Below, one piece after another: positions 58,648 through 64,000 of a stretch of DNA of 64,000 nt. Position 1 is the first letter of the stretch. Each line of letters opens with the position of its first letter. Location: the NCBI GenBank assembly GCA_030390025.1, contig CM059452.1, positions 8,742,001 through 8,806,000 on the forward strand, in the 5' to 3' direction. The notes under the pieces are model-generated. The model searched no databases and was not told the origin of the DNA. It saw only the letters and a list, made by a program, of their open reading frames with translations. Both the position numbers and the translations under genes were made by a program. Source of the stretch: Squalus acanthias (lineage: Eukaryota).

Positions 58648-60400
58648 GGCCGCGATTTCGCCTACCGTGTCAGGCTCAATGAGACCGAGGTAGGTGGCGT
58701 GTTGCGACCCCGCTTCCGGCTCCATCCCGCTCTGTGAGAAGAATTTTCCGTCGATTGGGCTTGTTAATCCCGCCCTGCGAGGTTCCCGGCCAATTAAAAG
58801 GAAGCGGGGTTGATTACGTCATTTGAAGACACGTGATCTGGCGGTTTCGTTAAAGGGACGACGTCCACAATCATTTTGACAGTTGTGCTGTAAGCATTCA
58901 GGTGTTGCAAACACTGACAAGCACTGCACAAAGGTGCACGGCTGCACCAAGGCTCTTCCATGATCCCTCCGTGTGCTTATGAGGGAGTCACAGCGCTCGG
59001 GGAGGTTCTCTTCCCTTTCAATGGGCGGATGAGACCTCACCAGGAGAGCAACGCAGCCTTGTTGCACATTGCACAGGAGGGCACAAGCAAGAATGTCGTC
59101 AGAAGTCCCTAGTTGCAGTGGTGCAAACTTTTCAATGATCGCAGTAGATCACAAACCGTTAATGCCAAGCCACACTCAACCTCAACCTTCTGTGCAACTC
59201 ACCACATCCCCATCACTCTGCCTTCCTTACCCTACTCCTGCACATCCTTACTCACACCAAATTACCTTGTGCCTCCACCCATCCCTCTCTATCTACATTA
59301 TCACTTCCCCATCTCACTAGTCACCCCTCACACTCGCCCTCATCCTACCAACTGAGAACACACAAGGGTTGGCACTTGGGTGGTTTAGCCAATGTTCATG
59401 TGTAGTTTCTGCTGATGTTCTGTCAACAATTGAAGTCTTTATTTACAACACTTTACGTTCTTTGAAAGATTTGTATGCACCTTTGGCTTAGTACGTTCCA
59501 GTGAATGGTGTGGTGTAAGGGTAGCCCCACCCCCCGCAATGCTGATGAGTGTGAAAGGAATGGCTTGGACTTTGTTGGGATGCTTTATGGTGCTGTTGTG
59601 AGGTGGTGCCAACTTGGCTCTTCTTGTGGCAGCCAGGGTGTATAGCGTCAAGTGAAGTAAATCATGGTGGGGGCATCGCTGGCGTCCCGGGCAGCAACGT
59701 AGTCGGGTTTTGATGCCCTGTGGCCTGTGCAGCATCAGGTGATTGCTGAGAAGGTTGGTGCTGTTATTGGTCGTGCTGGTGTGCCTGGTGATGTTGGTGT
59801 TGGCGCTGATCGTGGTGGGATTCTGAGGACACAGCTGAGATGTTTTCAAGGGCACCGATGCTGCTGAAATAGATGGCAGCTGAAGTTGAGATGACAGAAG
59901 TAATCTGTTAATGATGAGAGAGCTTGTTCCAAGAAGGTGACAGTGGATAGAGAGTTTACTCCAAACACTTCCAAACTGCATAAAGCTCAAAAGTGGGTTC
60001 CAAATCATGAAGGCTCCAGCTTCTAACATTGGAAAGTGAACAGCTGTGAAATGGTAGGTTTTATACCACTTTTGCAGCTGTCACCTGTTCACAGCAATCC
60101 ACAGTCATTGAGAACACAACATACTTACCTGACTTGATAGCCGCTCTCCGGGAACCTCATTAAAAACCTGGCAAAATGGTAAGTACATGGGAAAATGGTA
60201 CCTTTTAACAAGCTTATACGTATCTATATTGGCTGACGCGCCGCTTGGTGTCGGGTCTGTTCAGAGATGACAGACCCGACACTTGGGAAATGATAAGGAG
60301 GCGGGTTTACAGCGGGATACCGGCCCGCTTTCAATCTTTGTGATTTTGACAGCTGACCCGCCTCCAAACCCGCACTCTGAGCGCCGGCAAAATTCCGGCC
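58648..60400 (+). mobile_element. Non-autonomous PIF/Harbinger-like DNA transposon with decayed Myb/SANT-like ORF
   Basis: Imperfect TIRs ggccgcgatttcgcc (58648-58662) and ggcaaaattccggcc (60386-60400). The inverted paralog at 62090-62790 translates AAPRF...GV..RK.VL.P...AAW..IA......RRT.LQW...FND. Confidence 0.6.
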
Positions 60401-60409
60401 AAGGTGTGA

Positions 60410-60950
60410 ACTAGAATGTTACATGCCTCTCTGCTCCTCTACTCCTTTCAAAGTTTTACCATTTCATGCACATTTCCTACAGTTTTCTTCCTCCTAAATC
60501 TATCACCTCACATTTCTCGGCGTGACATTTCATCTGCCATCTCCCTGTCCAATTTACTAACCTGTGTATTCACACTGAAGTCACTGACAGGCCTTTCACA
60601 CTTGGCCATAGACCCTTTTTGGTGTCATCTAGATATTTTTATCTTGCCCCATATACCCAAGCCCAGATCATGTCTCTATATTGAGAAGAGCAATGGTCCC
60701 AACACTGACCCTGGGGGACACCACTGTTTACATTCCTCCAATCTGAAGAACATCCATTACCCACTACTCTCTGTTTTCTGCCCTTTACCCAACTTCCTAT
60801 CCACGCTGCTCCACTCCCTTTAATATCGTGAATCTTACTTTTATCAACAAGCCCCCTATCCGGCACCTTATCAAACACCTTTTGACAATCAATCTCCACA
60901 ACGTCCACTGCATTTCCTTTCTCACCACACTGTGTTATTTCCTGAAATAA
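60410..60950 (-). mobile_element. Old CR1 RT fragment
   Basis: KGNAVDVVEIDCQKVFDKVP...SGVPQG. Confidence 0.75.
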
Positions 60951-61019
60951 TCCCTGCTGTCTGTCCTGAATCAATCCATTTCACTACCAAATGTTGCAAT
61001 GTTTGCTCCACACCACAGG

Positions 61020-62050
61020 GTTTCATCTGTTTAAAGCCACAACAACAACAACTTGTATTTGTATAGCGCCTTTAGCGTAGTAAAACGTCCCAAGGCGCTT
61101 CACAGGAGTATTAAAAGACAAACAATTTGACACTGAGCCACATAAGGAGATATTGGGGCAGGTAACTATAAGCTTGGTCAAAGATGTAGGTTTTAAGGAG
61201 CGTCTTAAAGGAGGAAGGAGAGGTAGCGAGGCAGAGAGGTTTAGGTAGGGAATTTATCTCGGGGGCGGGGGGAGGTGGTTGTTGTGGGGCTGAATGAGAT
61301 TACACAGACAGGGATAGTCTAAGCCATGGAGGGATTTGGCCTCGACCGTCCCTATCTCTGTAATCTCCTTCAGGATGAGAATTTTGAAATCGAGGCGTTG
61401 CTTAACTGGAAGCCAATGTAGGTCAGCGAGCACAGGGGTGATGGGCGAACAGGACTTGGTGCGAGTTCGGACACGGGCAGCTGAGTTTTGGATCACCTCA
61501 AGTTTACTTAGGCTAGAATGTGGGCGGCCAGCCAGGAGTGCGTTGTAATAGTCAAAACTGGAGGTAACATAGGCATGGATGAGGGTTTCAGCAGCGGATG
61601 AGCTGAGGCAAGGGCGGAGACGGCCGATGTTACGGAGGTGGAAATAGGCGGTCTTAGTTATGCTGTGGATATGTGTTCGGAAGCTCATTTCAGGATCAAA
61701 TATGATACCAAGTTTGCGGACAGTGTGGTTCTGCCTCAGACAGATGTTAGGGAGAGGGTTAATTAGTGACTAGGGAACGGAGTTTGTGGCGGGGACTGAA
61801 AACAATGGCTTCGGTCTTCCCAATATTTAATTGGGGAAAATTTATGCTCATCCAGAACTGTATGTCGGAGAAGCAGTCTCACAATTTAGAGATCGTGGAG
61901 GGGTCGAGAGAAGAGGGGTAGAGCTGGGTGTCGACAGCGAACATGTGGGAATTGACGTTGTGTTTTCGGCTGATGTCGCCAAGGGGGAGCATGTAGATGA
62001 GAAATAGGAGGCGGCCAAGGACAGATCCTTGGGGGACAACAGAGGTAAAG
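61020..62050 (-). mobile_element. L2 LINE 3' portion
   Basis: [18 protein letters not shown]; SFRTHIHSITKTAYFHLRNI...LHWLPVKQR; tail (gtt)n. Confidence 0.88.
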
Positions 62051-62089
62051 TGCCTACACTTATGAGTTGTTAGTTGGTATGATTGGACC

Positions 62090-62790
62090 ACGTTAAGGGT
62101 GAGTGTGAGGGGTGGCTAGTGAGATGGGGCAGTGTTAAGATAGATAGAGAGGGATGGGTGGAGGTGCAAGGTAAGATTGTGTGAGTAACGATGTGCAGGA
62201 GTAGGGTAGGGAAGGCAGAGTGATGGGGATGTGATGAGTGGCACAGCAGGATGAGGTTGACTGTGGCTTGGCAGTAACGTTTCGTGATCTACTGGGATCA
62301 TTGAAAGGGTTGTGCCACTGCAGCCTGGTCCTCCTCACGACATCCCTGCTTATGCCCTTGAGTGCAATGTGAAACCAGGCTGCGTTGGTCTCCTGGGGAG
62401 GACTCTTCCACCCATTGGAAGGGTAGAGAACCTGCTTGCGTGCTGTGACTCCCTCCATAAGCATATGGAGGGAACCTGGGTGCAGCCGTGCACCTTTGTG
62501 CAGTGCTTGTCAGTATTTGCCGCACCTCAGCGCTGTAGAACACTGACAGCAGAACTGTTTATATCAATTGTGGGCATGACCCCTTTGAGGAAACCGGCTG
62601 ATGATGCGTCAACAGATGACGTCATCAGACCCGCTTCATTTTAATTGGCCGGGAACCTCGCAGGGCGGGTTTGACAAGCTCAGTCAGAGCAAAATCACTT
62701 GGAAGAGGTGGGATGACGACGGTTGTGGTTTTTGCGGACGCTTTCTACTCAGGCAGCACCGGACTCGCCTTGGCTGGCGAAATCGCGTCC
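62090..62790 (-). mobile_element. Second, truncated Harbinger-like copy, inverted
   Basis: TIR at 62776-62790; reverse complement aligns with ~58650-59340. Confidence 0.6.
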
Positions 62791-63909
62791 TTCGTATTCG
62801 TAATAAATTCGAATAACAAATCCATAAAATATGTGTAAAGTTCAGCATATTGCTTCCAAGCTTGTAGCTTTAACAGTAGGACTGCGTGATCTCATAGAAC
62901 ATCCTCCTTCCGATTCCGCAGTGCTAGAGTTGGCTGACCCGCCTCCCTCTGGTCACTCGTGGTCACCTCTAGTTCGGCCTGGTCTGTAGCTGTAGTATTT
63001 CTTCTTTCTCCCGCCAGTTCCTTTCTCCCGGGTGGACCGAACTTGCCGTCTGTTCTCAGAAACGTCACTGTTACAATCCCAATGGTTCACTTAAAACATT
63101 ACCGGCAACTGGTTGGACAACTCAAACTTTAAGTCTCACTCTTAACAGTGTATTAACTAAGAAACTCCGATTCACAAACTGTTCCTTTCTTTAAACCTCT
63201 GAATACATCTCTAGAAATATTTAAACATTTATGAGCACCTGTCACCTTCTTTCTCCCTCAAAACCTGTCTGCTTTAGGTGTCAAAAATACTCTATCATAT
63301 AAATTAATTTTAAAAGAACGATCCCCCTTTCTCGTCTATTCCCATATCTGCCCAACGGAAGTGATCTGTTGTATTGTGAGATACTATTTTGTCAATCGCT
63401 AATCATACGTCAAAAATTTATATTGAGCCAGCCTTGCTCATAAGCTGTGAAACTCCTTTGACTTTTTCTCACATAAAGTTAAGGCAACAAGACATTAGAT
63501 ATAAAGCATTGCTTTCCATTACTTATCCCAGATACTTCCTATCTTGGTCACTCAACATTCCCTCATTAAACCGTGTAAAACTTCTGACGAAAGGTCAGCG
63601 ACCTGAAACGTTAACTCTGTTTCTTTCTCCACAGATGCTGCCTCACCTGCTGTGTATTTCCAGCACTTTCTCTTTGTATTTTTGTAAAACTTGGGTGTGC
63701 CCGTTCTCTGGACTCTAATTGGAACCAGCTGCTACCTGTGAAAATGTCTTTTTTTCTAGCACAACTTTCTGAAGTACCCACGGTTCGTAGTATCAACGCT
63801 CTCAATTTCCCCAAGGTTCCACGGGACTGCTGCTAATCCCATTTTAGGTCCACTTCCCTATATACCGCTGCTCCATTATTCGGAATGTTGCGTCAATTTC
63901 AGCTGCGAG

Positions 63910-63924
63910 CCACTAGATGGCAGC
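63910..63924 (+). promoter_or_regulatory. CTCF-binding motif
   Basis: CCACTAGATGGCAGC. Confidence 0.55.
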
Positions 63925-64000
63925 GTTTTACTGTAATGAGATTGATACAGTTTGCTGTATTGCATTTCCTACCATTTAACATTATGGCAACAATGCTTGA

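Overview
Vertebrate DNA, almost certainly from a cartilaginous fish (shark), containing two antigen-receptor systems side by side. From about 2 to 26.5 kb lies a dense array of T-cell receptor alpha/delta-type V segments in mixed orientation. Five look intact, three are damaged by a single lesion, and the rest are pseudogenes or relics. The full-length segments end in 23-type RSSs, and many have CTCF-like motifs nearby. From about 29.3 to 50.5 kb on the minus strand lies a complete, apparently functional cluster-type IgM heavy-chain gene: promoter-L-VH-D1-D2-JH-Cmu1-Cmu2-Cmu3-Cmu4/secretory tail-TM1-TM2. All its RSSs, splice sites and reading frames are intact. No assembly gap separates it from the TCR V genes at 14-26 kb. 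The rest is CR1 and L2 LINEs (including a nested young CR1), tRNA-derived SINEs, Harbinger-like elements, five minisatellites and two N-gaps. The most notable observations are four. (1) An intact IgM cluster abuts TCR V genes, with RSS geometry that would allow Ig/TCR hybrid rearrangements in cis. (2) TCR V genes appear assembled from independently shuffled promoter-leader, V-body and RSS-CTCF modules. (3) One TCR V gene lacks its leader intron yet keeps a perfect RSS. (4) An inverted pair of CpG-rich promoter-like elements brackets the V array.
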